This document shows, piece after piece, positions 7,689 through 17,514 of a stretch of DNA of 49,400 nt. Under the pieces are notes generated by a model. That model was not told where the DNA came from and did not search any database. It saw only the letters and a list, made by a program, of their open reading frames with translations. The position numbers were made by a program, and so were the translations under genes. Source of the stretch: a virus (Duplodnaviria; Caudoviricetes); IMG/VR virus record IMGVR_UViG_3300025852_000005, positions 1 through 49,400 of that record. The stretch is one strand, 5' to 3'. Position 1 is the first letter of the stretch. Every line of letters starts with the position of its first letter.

Positions 7689-9305
7689 ATGGCGCTGAAC
7701 AGAACCGTACAGGGGCCCTCCACGTCGGCAGGCGTTCAGTCGGTCGCCGACGTGCTGATCGGGTTCCTGAGCACCGGGGCCACGGCGGCCATAGATCTCC
7801 GCGTCTCTGGATCGGTCGACTATCAGATTCAGGCGGGCCCGAGCGCGATCTACCTCTATCGGTGGGCGAGCGGGTCTGCGTACAGCCTCGGTGGCTCCGG
7901 CTCGACAGGCGCCCACTACCGCTTCGGGATCCTCGGATCGAACATCAGGGTCTACTCCTCCCCTGACGGGCTCGTGTGGGCGAAGATCGCCGACCTCACG
8001 AACACGGTAGTCTCAGCTCCGGGCGATGTCATCATTGAGCAGCAGGCGACGGAGGAGCTCTACACCACTCGTGACGCCGTCGTCGTCACCGGGCTCCCGA
8101 CCGGCTACTACGCACGCCTCAGCGACGGGACGAACAACGTCGACGCGGCGGCCTCTGGCGGCACCGCCACGCTCTCCCCGTCGGTCGCTCAATGGTTCGG
8201 GCCGTGGCCTCTGAGCATCTACGACGGCAACCCCTCATCGGGAGGAGTGAAGCAGGGCGCCAGTCGATCCGTATTCGGGGGAGACTCGTGGGCCTACTCC
8301 GTCGACATCCCCTCGCCCCTGTCTAGGACGACGCCGGGAGGGCTCGCTACCCGCTTCCCGAATCTCTCCGACACCGTCGGCCTCTGGAAGTGTCTCGACG
8401 GGGCAGGCACCACCGTCGTCGACACGACGGCGAACGCGAGGAATCTGACGATGCTCGGGGGATCCTCATGGGGATCCGTCGGGGGCGCACCCGACCTTAT
8501 CTCCAACGGGACGACCATCGGGGCGCACGTCCTCTCGTCTCCGCTGACGGCCGTCTCCAACTTCACGCTTGAGGCCGTCTTCAAGCTCGGCACGCTGCCG
8601 GGCAACGGAGCCGACGCGATGATCGCCTACAACGGCACAGACTCAGGCGGCTACGGCCTCCTCGTGAGAGGGACGGCCGGGGGAACGGCGGTCTTCGGAT
8701 CCCTCTACGGGGGCACCGTCTACATCATCCCGAGCGACACGCCCGTCCTCGCCGACACTTGGTACTACGCGGCTCTCGTCAGGGAGTCGGGCGGGACGAC
8801 GAGGATCTACCTCAACGCGCTCGTGTCGGCGACGACCTCGAACAACGCGCCCCTCTCCATCCCTGCCCGCTTCACCATCCTCGGGCGGTATTGGGATCTG
8901 ACCTCCCCGGCCTCCCTGACTCCCGGCACGGTCGCGGGTGTCAGGATCTCGAACACCGCGCACGCGGCAGCAGCGATCACCTCGACCTACGCGGCCCTCA
9001 GGGCTAACGTCACCGTCACGGCGCTCCCTGCGGGCTACTACGCCCGCCTCAGCGACGGCCTGCATACCGTAGACGCGGCGGCCTCGGGCGGGTCGGCAAC
9101 GCTCTCCCCCTCCTCGATGACGGGCGTCGGGCCGTGGCTCTTGCAGATCTACAACGCGAACCCGGCGACGACGGGCGTGCAGCAGGGCGGCGACGAGATC
9201 AACGTCTTCGGAGGCGACTCGTGGGCTGGCAGCGAGTTCGCAACGACGAACTATCCCCTCATCACCCGCACCTCGCGCGGCTTGCTCAACCTGATTGGAG
9301 CGTGA
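7689..9305 (+). CDS. LamG/concanavalin-A-like lectin domain virion protein with a duplicated flanking domain
   Basis: GLWK..DGAGTTVVD...NFTLEAVFK...DTWYYAALVR.....IYLNA...G.VAGVRISN.A (LamG). The unit VT.LP.GYYARLSDG...VDAAASGG.ATLSPS....GPW.L.IY..NP..G..QG....VFGGDSWA occurs twice. Confidence 0.75.
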   Translation: MALNRTVQGPSTSAGVQSVADVLIGFLSTGATAAIDLRVSGSVDYQIQAGPSAIYLYRWASGSAYSLGGSGSTGAHYRFGILGSNIRVYSSPDGLVWAKIADLTNTVVSAPGDVIIEQQATEELYTTRDAVVVTGLPTGYYARLSDGTNNVDAAASGGTATLSPSVAQWFGPWPLSIYDGNPSSGGVKQGASRSVFGGDSWAYSVDIPSPLSRTTPGGLATRFPNLSDTVGLWKCLDGAGTTVVDTTANARNLTMLGGSSWGSVGGAPDLISNGTTIGAHVLSSPLTAVSNFTLEAVFKLGTLPGNGADAMIAYNGTDSGGYGLLVRGTAGGTAVFGSLYGGTVYIIPSDTPVLADTWYYAALVRESGGTTRIYLNALVSATTSNNAPLSIPARFTILGRYWDLTSPASLTPGTVAGVRISNTAHAAAAITSTYAALRANVTVTALPAGYYARLSDGLHTVDAAASGGSATLSPSSMTGVGPWLLQIYNANPATTGVQQGGDEINVFGGDSWAGSEFATTNYPLITRTSRGLLNLIGA

Positions 9306-9307
9306 CC

Positions 9308-12300
9308 ATGTACGCAAAGGCCGGGCAGGCGGGCGTCCTCATCGCCCACTTCGTCGCGTCGGGAGCAGCCGCAACAGGGCTGACCGTGACGGGCAAGGTG
9401 TGGGAGATAGCCGACAACGGTACGAAGAACCCGAACGACACCACTGGCACGACGCTAACCGTCACCGAAATAGGCGGCGGGGCGTACAAGGCACCATACA
9501 CAATGGGCGCGGACGGGGTGCCTATCGGGGTGCTCTCCACCACGGGCACGGCTGACGTGAAGTCGGTACCCGCGTCGTTCGTGCATCTCGGGACGCTGGA
9601 CACCATCGTGACCGCCGTTGGCGACGTTCACGCGACCGACCTGCCAGCGATAGCATCGATGCTCACGGACATCCACGGAACCGACCTGCCCGCCGTCAAG
9701 GCGGACACGGCGGCTATTCACACCGCGATTGACGACGGAACCAACGGCTTGTCCGCAATCAAGGCGGCTATCCCCGCTGCCGCGCCAACGGCTGATGCGA
9801 ACGCGACCGCGCTGCTTGACAACGCGCTGTCTGGTCACACCACGGCTGGAACCGTCGGCAAGAAGTTGACCGACCTCGCCAACGCCGACCTGTCTGGGGT
9901 CGCCACCGCGTCCGCACTCGCCACGGTCGATACTGTCGTAGACGCCATCCTTGCCGACACAGGCACCGATGGAGTCGTGGTAGCCGCCGCGAGCAAGACT
10001 GGCTACGCACTCACCACCGCACCGCCCACCGCAGCCGCCAACGCAAGCGCGGTACGCACCGAACTCGGTACCGAACTCGGACGGGTGGATGCGGCTATCA
10101 GTACTCGGCTGGCAACTGCGGGCTACACCGTTCCGCCGACCACCGCACAGATAGAGGCGGCATTGCTCAACGAGGGCGACTCCTCGGCGCTGTTGCAGGC
10201 CATCGCGGATAAGGTATCCGGTGACTGGTCTGCTGGCGACGTGTCTGCTACCGCAGTAGCGTCCGCAGTACGGACGAACCTCGCCACAGAACTCGGGCGT
10301 ATCGACGAGAACGTGTCCTCCGCCAAGGCGCTCACGAGCGCGTACGACGCTGCAAAGACAGCGGCGAGTGCTACGGCCCTTGCCGCCATCGACACACTCA
10401 TCGACACTGTTGATACTGTGGTGGATGGCATCGCCACCGACGTAGCCGCCGTCCACGTCCACGTCGGCACCATCGAAGGGTTTGGCGCACCGCCGTCCAT
10501 CGCTTCACTCGCCACGGCGACGGCGGTTTCTGACCTGCACACGGATGTCGGAACCGTCATCACCGCCATCGGTGGAGTGAATACCGACACCGACGAGATA
10601 CTGACGCGCATCCCCGACGCTACGGCTGGCGCGACGGGTGGCCTCGCAATCGTCGGAAGTGCGATGGGCGCTGTCGCATCCGTGACCGCAGCCGTCTCCT
10701 GCACCGACGCGACCGCCGCCAAGGACGACCTCGCCAACGCGACGGACGGCCTCGGGGCGCTCAAGGCGATACTCGACACGGCTGGTGTCAAAGTAGCGAC
10801 CCTGCCCGACGTACAACTCGCTGCAACACAGGACCACATCACGCCCATCTCCTCGCTCACGGGCATCGCTACCGCGACGAACGTCTCCGACGCGCAGACG
10901 GCCATCATCGCCACCCTGCCCGACGAAGCACCCGCGATGATTACCGCTGATGCTATCGCTGACGAAGTGCAGACGCGCACCATCGCGCGCGTGACGCTCG
11001 TGGACACCACGACGACCAACACGGACATGGTGAGTGTGAGCGGACTGTCTACCTTTGCGCCCGCCACGGATGTTGTGGCGCACGTTACATTGGTGGACAC
11101 AACCACAACCAATACGGATATGGTATCCGAGCCTCCCACGATGGTTGACCTCAGCGACCTGCCGACTAACGCCGAACTTGGCTTGGCTATCGCCGCCCTC
11201 GCCACCGTACAGGCCGCGCCTGACATCAGTGGACTCTCCACGTTCGACCCCGCGCTCGACACGGTGGCTCACGTTACACTGGTCGATACAACCACCACGA
11301 ACACTGACATGGTTGCTACTGCGCCGTCCATCGCGGACCTGCCGACGAACTTGGAACTCGCAAGCGCAATCGCTGACCTCGCGCATGTGGACGCGGCACC
11401 GGACATCAGCGGGCTGTCCACCTTCAATCCCACTATTGAGACCGTCACACTCGGTGTAGCCTACGACCACGCCAAGGACGACGTGCTCACAGGTATCGCT
11501 GGTCTGTCGGCGGTTCAGTCCGCACCCGACATCAGTGGTCTTGCCACATCTCTGCAAGTCGCCGCGCTCAACCATGTGGACGCAGCGCCTGACCTCAGTG
11601 GTCTCGCCACCAAGACGGAAGTGCTTGCGCTCTCCCCCGTGACCGCCGCCGCAGACCCGGCTGACGTTGCCGCGCTCATCCTTGTCACTCCTGCCAACAA
11701 ACTCGTCACGAACGTAGACGGCTCCGTGAACGCAGACGCTACCGTTGATACCGCCGCCATCGCCTCCGATGTCGTGGATGCGCTGGCGGTCGCGGGCATC
11801 CCGACGCTTGGTGTTATCGAAGCATCGACGGTACTCGCCATGAAGGCTGACGTGGCGGCGATACAGGCACCGACGTTCTCGGGTACGGTCACATTCGACG
11901 GTACTGTCGAGGCAGACATGACTCCCGTCACCGAAGCCATCGCCGCGATTCCCGCTCCGACATTCGACGGCACTGTGACGTTCAGCGGCACGGTCTCGGC
12001 TCCGAGTGTCACCGTCAATCCGACGGTGCTCTCGACAGGTGAACGTGCAGCCATCGCTGCTGCGACAGATGGTCTCATCACAACCAATCACGGTACGGGC
12101 ACCTATGGCTCAGCCACTCTGGCGGAGGGCGTCACCATCACCCCCGCGACGCTAGACACTAGCGGCGAGGTACTTGGCCGCGTCATGCCCTATGGTGTCG
12201 TGACGGTCTACCACGGCGAGGACGCTGAGTACCAGTTCACCGCTGACGCGGATGGCGACTACTCTTACGACCTACCTGCGGGCAGCGTGTGGACACTCAT

Positions 12301-12616
12301 TGCACGAAAGTCTGGGTATCTGGATACCCTCGCCATCACAGATGGTCTTGCGACCGGGACGTTCAACCCCACACCCGACGAACTAGTCATCATCACACCC
12401 GCGACTCTCGACACGATGGGTGAGGCGCTTGGTCCAGTCATGCCCTACGGGGTCGTGACAGTCTCGCTCAACACCGTGGCTAAGTATCGCTTCACGGCTG
12501 ATGTTGATGGAGATTACACTTATGCGTTGCCCGTCGGTCATGTTTGGACGCTGCTGGCGCGACACGCTGGCTACGAGGACACCTCGGCTGAGGTCTCGAC
12601 TGAGGGCGTGTCGTAG
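9308..12616 (+). CDS. Large Ala/Thr/Asp-rich repetitive virion (fibre or decoration) protein, about 1100 aa
   Basis: GGAG RBS before ATG 9308. Repeats VTLVDTTTTNTDMV x3, APD[IL]SGL x4, PTFxGTVTFxGTV x2, and two tandem C-terminal beta-sandwich-like domains. Confidence 0.75.
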   Translation: MYAKAGQAGVLIAHFVASGAAATGLTVTGKVWEIADNGTKNPNDTTGTTLTVTEIGGGAYKAPYTMGADGVPIGVLSTTGTADVKSVPASFVHLGTLDTIVTAVGDVHATDLPAIASMLTDIHGTDLPAVKADTAAIHTAIDDGTNGLSAIKAAIPAAAPTADANATALLDNALSGHTTAGTVGKKLTDLANADLSGVATASALATVDTVVDAILADTGTDGVVVAAASKTGYALTTAPPTAAANASAVRTELGTELGRVDAAISTRLATAGYTVPPTTAQIEAALLNEGDSSALLQAIADKVSGDWSAGDVSATAVASAVRTNLATELGRIDENVSSAKALTSAYDAAKTAASATALAAIDTLIDTVDTVVDGIATDVAAVHVHVGTIEGFGAPPSIASLATATAVSDLHTDVGTVITAIGGVNTDTDEILTRIPDATAGATGGLAIVGSAMGAVASVTAAVSCTDATAAKDDLANATDGLGALKAILDTAGVKVATLPDVQLAATQDHITPISSLTGIATATNVSDAQTAIIATLPDEAPAMITADAIADEVQTRTIARVTLVDTTTTNTDMVSVSGLSTFAPATDVVAHVTLVDTTTTNTDMVSEPPTMVDLSDLPTNAELGLAIAALATVQAAPDISGLSTFDPALDTVAHVTLVDTTTTNTDMVATAPSIADLPTNLELASAIADLAHVDAAPDISGLSTFNPTIETVTLGVAYDHAKDDVLTGIAGLSAVQSAPDISGLATSLQVAALNHVDAAPDLSGLATKTEVLALSPVTAAADPADVAALILVTPANKLVTNVDGSVNADATVDTAAIASDVVDALAVAGIPTLGVIEASTVLAMKADVAAIQAPTFSGTVTFDGTVEADMTPVTEAIAAIPAPTFDGTVTFSGTVSAPSVTVNPTVLSTGERAAIAAATDGLITTNHGTGTYGSATLAEGVTITPATLDTSGEVLGRVMPYGVVTVYHGEDAEYQFTADADGDYSYDLPAGSVWTLIARKSGYLDTLAITDGLATGTFNPTPDELVIITPATLDTMGEALGPVMPYGVVTVSLNTVAKYRFTADVDGDYTYALPVGHVWTLLARHAGYEDTSAEVSTEGVS

Positions 12617-12639
12617 ACCTCCTCATTCGCCAACCGCAT

Positions 12640-12671
12640 AGAAACCCCGCAGAAACGCGGGGTTTCTTGTT
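12640..12671 (+). terminator. Intrinsic terminator
   Basis: AGAAACCCCGC-AGAAAC-GCGGGGTTTCT followed by TGTT. Confidence 0.8.
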
Positions 12672-12695
12672 CTAGTCTCGAAAATCGTGTATAAT
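12667..12695 (+). promoter_or_regulatory. terL promoter, probably giving a leaderless transcript
   Basis: TTGTTC-17-TATAAT(12690-12695). ATG 12703 lies 7 nt downstream with no SD sequence. Confidence 0.55.
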
Positions 12696-12702
12696 GTGGC
12701 GT

Positions 12703-14388
12703 ATGAATCCAAACGACGAGCGGGCTGGTCTAGAGATAGTATTCCACGACACCACCCGACCCGTCGTCGAACGGGTGCTCGCGGGCGACGCGCTACGCTA
12801 TTCTCTCGCCAAAGACAAGCAGCCCGCCGACGCCGTAGCCGCTGAGGTCATCGCCCTTGGGTTGACCTGCGCGACGGACCATCAAGTTTACGACGCTCTG
12901 GAGCGTGCGTACATAACCCGCGCTCCCAACAATTTCCACGACTACCTCATCGCACTCGAATGGAACCGTCCGGCGAAGTCACGGTTCTACCAGCCGCGCA
13001 AGGCGGTGATGCGCGAGTTTGCCGATTCGTTCACCGAGATGATGGTCAACGACGTGTACGACATCATCCTGTTCTCGATGCCCCCGCGCGTGGGCAAGAC
13101 GACCATCTCGCTGTTCGGCCTCTCGTGGCTCATCGGTCGCAATCCCGACAGTCCCATCCTTGGGTCGGCATTCGCTGAGAAAATCACCACGATGCTCTAC
13201 GGCGGACTTCTCGAAATCTACGATGATCCCATCTACAACTACCACGAGATTTTCCCTCACATCAAACTCGTCAACACGTCCGCAAAGGACTTGACCCTCG
13301 ACTTCCGCGATGACGGCAAAGAGTCGTCACGGAAGTACAAGTCGGTCACATGCCGTGCCATCGAGGCGTCACTACACGGCTCGACCGAGGCGCGTCAACT
13401 GCTCTACTGTGACGACCTTGTGAGTGGCATCGAGGAGGCATTGAGTCCTACCCGACTCACGATGCTGTGCGACAAGATGACGACGAACCTCTACAGCCGT
13501 CGCAAAGAGGGCTGCAAGGAACTTCACGTCGGTACTCGTTGGTCGATTCACGACCCCATCGGACTCGTCGAACGGCAGAACGCGGACAACCCACGCTGCA
13601 AGATAATCCGCATCCCCGCGCTCGACCCCGAGACGGGCGAATCGAATTTCGATTACCCATACGGTGTAGGGTTTTCCACCACGTACTACAACGAGTTGAA
13701 GCGTCTCGAAGACGATGTGACGTGGCAATGCGTCTACCAGCAGGAGCCAATCGAGCGTACGGGTCTGCTGTTCCCCGCAGATTCGCTCAAGTACACACTC
13801 ACACCATTCACCGCCGAGTACCTGAAAGACAATCCGCCTGACGACATCTTCGCATTCTGCGACGTGGCGTTCGGTGGGGGCGACTTCCTCTCCATGCCCA
13901 TTGCCTACCAGTGGGGCCTCGATCCGCCCGTTATAGCAGACGTGGTATTCACGAAGGGCGGATACACGGAGAGCGAGCCGTTGGTATCGGGAACACTCGT
14001 GTCGCGGCAGGTGCGGCGTGCGGTGTTTGAGGCGAACAACGGTGGTGACTTCTATTCCCGCGATGTGGCCCAACTCGTAGCGGCAACTGGACATATGTGT
14101 CAAATTACTGCCACGAGAGCGGCATCGAATAAGAGCAAAGAGACGCGCATCGTGCAGCACAGTCCTGCTATTCGCGAGTTCGAGTTCCTTGACCCATCTA
14201 GTAAAGACGCGGATGGCAACTACCTCGCGTCACCGATGTATCGAGCATTTCTGATGGGCCTCACGTCATACACGATGAGTGGCAAGAACCCGAATGACGA
14301 CGCACCTGACTCGCTGGCCGGATTGGCGGCGATGATGCGTACGAACCTCAATGCGACACTCACGGTCTTTGATCGCAAGCACATCTGA
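12703..14388 (+). CDS. terL: Terminase large subunit
   Basis: Walker A SMPPRVGKT, Walker B LLYCDDL, VGTRW...D, YQQEP, nuclease motifs FCDVAFGGGDF, FEANNGG, NDDAPDSL. Confidence 0.95.
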   Translation: MNPNDERAGLEIVFHDTTRPVVERVLAGDALRYSLAKDKQPADAVAAEVIALGLTCATDHQVYDALERAYITRAPNNFHDYLIALEWNRPAKSRFYQPRKAVMREFADSFTEMMVNDVYDIILFSMPPRVGKTTISLFGLSWLIGRNPDSPILGSAFAEKITTMLYGGLLEIYDDPIYNYHEIFPHIKLVNTSAKDLTLDFRDDGKESSRKYKSVTCRAIEASLHGSTEARQLLYCDDLVSGIEEALSPTRLTMLCDKMTTNLYSRRKEGCKELHVGTRWSIHDPIGLVERQNADNPRCKIIRIPALDPETGESNFDYPYGVGFSTTYYNELKRLEDDVTWQCVYQQEPIERTGLLFPADSLKYTLTPFTAEYLKDNPPDDIFAFCDVAFGGGDFLSMPIAYQWGLDPPVIADVVFTKGGYTESEPLVSGTLVSRQVRRAVFEANNGGDFYSRDVAQLVAATGHMCQITATRAASNKSKETRIVQHSPAIREFEFLDPSSKDADGNYLASPMYRAFLMGLTSYTMSGKNPNDDAPDSLAGLAAMMRTNLNATLTVFDRKHI

Positions 14389-14402
14389 CCAAGGAGGCCG
14401 GT

Positions 14403-15308
14403 TTGGAACCACACGAGTATTGGGTGTCATTGGCTCCGCTGAGTGGTGAGGAAGTCGGACGACGACTCGGCATCGATGGCGGCAGTGCACGACGCAAGAT
14501 ACGCGACGCGAAACGTGAATATCCGAAACTCGATTGGTTCGGCGGCGTGCTCGCACCCGCCATCACCACGGCGAAGACCCGCATGGGTATCGGCTACTGG
14601 GACATGCACCATCCGAAGCACGACAAGAAACTGTGGAGCAACGTGCTTCGGTATGTCGCAGACACCGACCCCGACATTTTCGTCTTCGGTGGCGACAACG
14701 AAGACCTCGAAGTCGTCTCGCATTGGGTCAAGGACAAGCGAAAGGTCGTCGAAGGCAAGCGACTCAAGCGAGACTATCTCGACTTCAACCGGGATGTGCT
14801 CGACCCGCTCGATGCGATTCTGCGTGAGAACGTCGAGCGAGTGTTCCACCTCGGGAACCACGAGGATTGGGTACGACAGTACCTCGACGTCCATCCTGAG
14901 ATGGAAGGCATGATAGAGTTCGAGGAGTATCTGCATCTTGACGGATGGCGAGTCATCCCGTATGGCGAGATAGCCAAGTTCGGACATCTTCACTCGATGC
15001 ACGGAACCTACACCAACATCCATCACGCCTACAAGACAGCACAGGTCTACAATCGAAGCATGATGTACGGGCATATGCACACCCTTCAGACTCACACCAT
15101 AGTGACCCCACTCGATTCATTGCCCTACGCGGCCACCTCGGTACCGTGTGCGTGCGAACTGAACCCGTCGTACCGGCTCAATCAACCCAATAGTTGGGTG
15201 ACAGGCTTCACAGTCTTCTACATTCGTCCCGATGGTCAGTTCAACCTTTTCCCGGTCGTCGCTATTGATGGATGTTTCACCGCCCCGGACGGTACCTACT
15301 ATGGCTAG
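14403..15308 (+). CDS. Calcineurin-like metallophosphoesterase with N-terminal HTH-like segment
   Basis: DMH, GGDNED, GNHE, MHG and GHMH metal-binding motifs. Confidence 0.85.
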   Translation: MEPHEYWVSLAPLSGEEVGRRLGIDGGSARRKIRDAKREYPKLDWFGGVLAPAITTAKTRMGIGYWDMHHPKHDKKLWSNVLRYVADTDPDIFVFGGDNEDLEVVSHWVKDKRKVVEGKRLKRDYLDFNRDVLDPLDAILRENVERVFHLGNHEDWVRQYLDVHPEMEGMIEFEEYLHLDGWRVIPYGEIAKFGHLHSMHGTYTNIHHAYKTAQVYNRSMMYGHMHTLQTHTIVTPLDSLPYAATSVPCACELNPSYRLNQPNSWVTGFTVFYIRPDGQFNLFPVVAIDGCFTAPDGTYYG

Positions 15309-15317
15309 GAGACGGCA

Positions 15318-16895
15318 ATGATTACCAACATCCCGTCCGACGTGTCGAGTGGGCGCAACGTGCTGCGTACCGACTTGACGACATTCACCGTCGAGAGTCT
15401 GAAGACAGACCTCGCGCGCGTGCTCCCGCAGCACGCGTACAACCGCCAGCAGATTCGCGCGCTTCAGGAATACCTGAAGGGCTGGCACCCCGTCATTCAG
15501 GACAGGGAGAAGACCACGCGCACGGACGTGGACAACAAGATAACCGTTGACTACGCGTACTCCATGACCCGCGACATCGTGGGCTATTTCCTTGGCAAGC
15601 CCATCCAGTACACGAACCGTAAGGGCACGTTCCGCAAGCAAATGGAGAACTTCGTCGCGTGTCTGACTGCCGAGAACAAGGCACTCGTGGACTATCAGAT
15701 AGCCCAAGACTGCTCGATCTGCGGCGTCGGCTACCGGGGGACGTTCAGTGAGAAGAATCCCCTCAATGGCACACATCTGAAGTTGCTGCGTCTCGATCCC
15801 CTCGACACGTTCGTCGTCTACCCGGCCAACCCCGTCCTGCCGCCCGCATACGCTGTGACCACTTACGAGTCGGCACCTGATAACTTCTTCGGCCCAGCCA
15901 TGTCGCCGGGTGGGGCCATCACGTATTACAAGGTCTACACCCCTGACAAGATGTTCACGTTCAAGGATGTTTCGCTCAACGGTCAAGACCCGATGGTGGG
16001 TGGATTGCTCGAAACCGCAGACGAGCCGGTTGACATCAACTTCGGTGGCGGACTGCCCATCACCGAGTATCAAAACAACTTGTGGCGACTCGGTGACTGG
16101 GAGATGGCACTCTCGCTCATGGATGCGCTCGACGGCGTGGCGTCTGATGGTGCGAACGATATCCAGCAGGCCGTCAACTCCGTGCTGGTCGTTCTCGGCG
16201 CTACGATGACCGATGAGACGTTCGCCAACCTGTCAACGCATGGATTCCTCTCTGTGTCCGATATTCCCACGGGAGTGAAGCCCGAGATCAAGTTCATCTC
16301 AGAAGCGATGGATGCCCCTGTCGGTGTCGCCATGCGTGACTATCTCGAAGCCACCCTCCGTGTCATCGTTGGCGTGCCTGACCGGAAGACGCGCGGCGGT
16401 GGCGGTGGCGACACAGGCGACGCTGTGTTCATGCGTGATGGCTGGCAGGACATCGATTTGGTGGCGTGCGCCAAAGAGCCGTACTTCATTCAGGCCGAAC
16501 GTGAGGCTCTATCCGTCATGCTCTACATCCTCGGGACGTTCGATGAGGTATCAAGCATCAAGGCTACGGACATCGCCATACACTTCAATCGCAACAAGAC
16601 TGCAAACCTTCAGAGTAAGGCGCAGGTCTACCAGAGTCTCACCAGTGGCGATTCACCTATTGCTCCTATTGACGCACTTGACATCGCTGGTTTGACGAAT
16701 AACGTCCATGATGTTATAATGCGTATGGAGACTTTTGCTACAGAAAATGCAGCAAAGGCCGCAGAAGCGTTGAAAGTAATCAATGCCAACACGAACTCAA
16801 CTACCGACGGTGCAGCCACGACTGACAAAACGGCTGACCCCAAGGTGAAGAAGGGCGTGAAGGTAACTACAGGGGCGAACACCAAAACTGCGTAG
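15318..16895 (+). CDS. Portal protein (SPP1 gp6-like)
   Basis: DNKITVDYA....VGYFLGKPIQY, SICGVGY, PITEYQNN....GD.E....L.DA.D...SD..N motifs; follows terL. Confidence 0.92.
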   Translation: MITNIPSDVSSGRNVLRTDLTTFTVESLKTDLARVLPQHAYNRQQIRALQEYLKGWHPVIQDREKTTRTDVDNKITVDYAYSMTRDIVGYFLGKPIQYTNRKGTFRKQMENFVACLTAENKALVDYQIAQDCSICGVGYRGTFSEKNPLNGTHLKLLRLDPLDTFVVYPANPVLPPAYAVTTYESAPDNFFGPAMSPGGAITYYKVYTPDKMFTFKDVSLNGQDPMVGGLLETADEPVDINFGGGLPITEYQNNLWRLGDWEMALSLMDALDGVASDGANDIQQAVNSVLVVLGATMTDETFANLSTHGFLSVSDIPTGVKPEIKFISEAMDAPVGVAMRDYLEATLRVIVGVPDRKTRGGGGGDTGDAVFMRDGWQDIDLVACAKEPYFIQAEREALSVMLYILGTFDEVSSIKATDIAIHFNRNKTANLQSKAQVYQSLTSGDSPIAPIDALDIAGLTNNVHDVIMRMETFATENAAKAAEALKVINANTNSTTDGAATTDKTADPKVKKGVKVTTGANTKTA

Positions 16896-16931
16896 CAGGG
16901 GTGTTGTTCGACAACTGACGGGAGCGTTGCA

Positions 16932-17495
16932 ATGCTGAAAAGAGAAGATTTCGCAACTGACGAACAGTGGGCCGCGTATGAGGCCGATCTCGACCGGGAA
17001 CGCACGCAGGCGTCTGTCACCGCACGCACGAACGCGCTGAAGGATGCCGACAAGGACGTGGATGCCCGAATCGCGGCGGCAATCTTGGAGGAGCGAACCA
17101 AACTCGAAGCGAGTGAGACCGAGCGCCTTGAGATGGATCGCAAGAAGATTGAGACTGAGCGGGCCACCCTCGCAACCGACCGCAAGAGTTTCACAGCCAG
17201 AAAGACGTTGCTGGGTGCGGGTTTCGGTGACGAGGATGTCACCAACCTTCTCCCGTTGTTCACATCAGTTGCCGATGCAGTCTTCGACACGACCATCGAG
17301 TCGTTCATCAAGGTGAACTCGGCCACGGTGAAGTCTCAGGTCGATGCAGCAAAGCAAGCACTCCTGACCAATGCAACACCCCCGAACGGCCAGACCACGG
17401 CCCAGACCGATGCGTTGCACTCCGCGAACGAACTGGCCGCAAAGGGTCAGGATGTTGCAGCCGTGGACGTGCTACTCAAAGACGCGGGCTACTAA
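16932..17495 (+). CDS. Capsid scaffolding protein (DUF4355-like)
   Basis: Charged coiled coil (DRERTQAS.TA...N) between portal and capsid genes. Confidence 0.75.
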   Translation: MLKREDFATDEQWAAYEADLDRERTQASVTARTNALKDADKDVDARIAAAILEERTKLEASETERLEMDRKKIETERATLATDRKSFTARKTLLGAGFGDEDVTNLLPLFTSVADAVFDTTIESFIKVNSATVKSQVDAAKQALLTNATPPNGQTTAQTDALHSANELAAKGQDVAAVDVLLKDAGY

Positions 17496-17514
17496 CCACT
17501 AAGGAGCACTACAG

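Noticed and set aside
9455-12091. Long antisense ORFs (335, 379 and 528 aa) opposite the repeat protein, and similar ones opposite the GT, portal, tape measure and primase genes
   Set aside because: These are shadow ORFs expected from high-GC codon bias. They have no motifs or RBSs.
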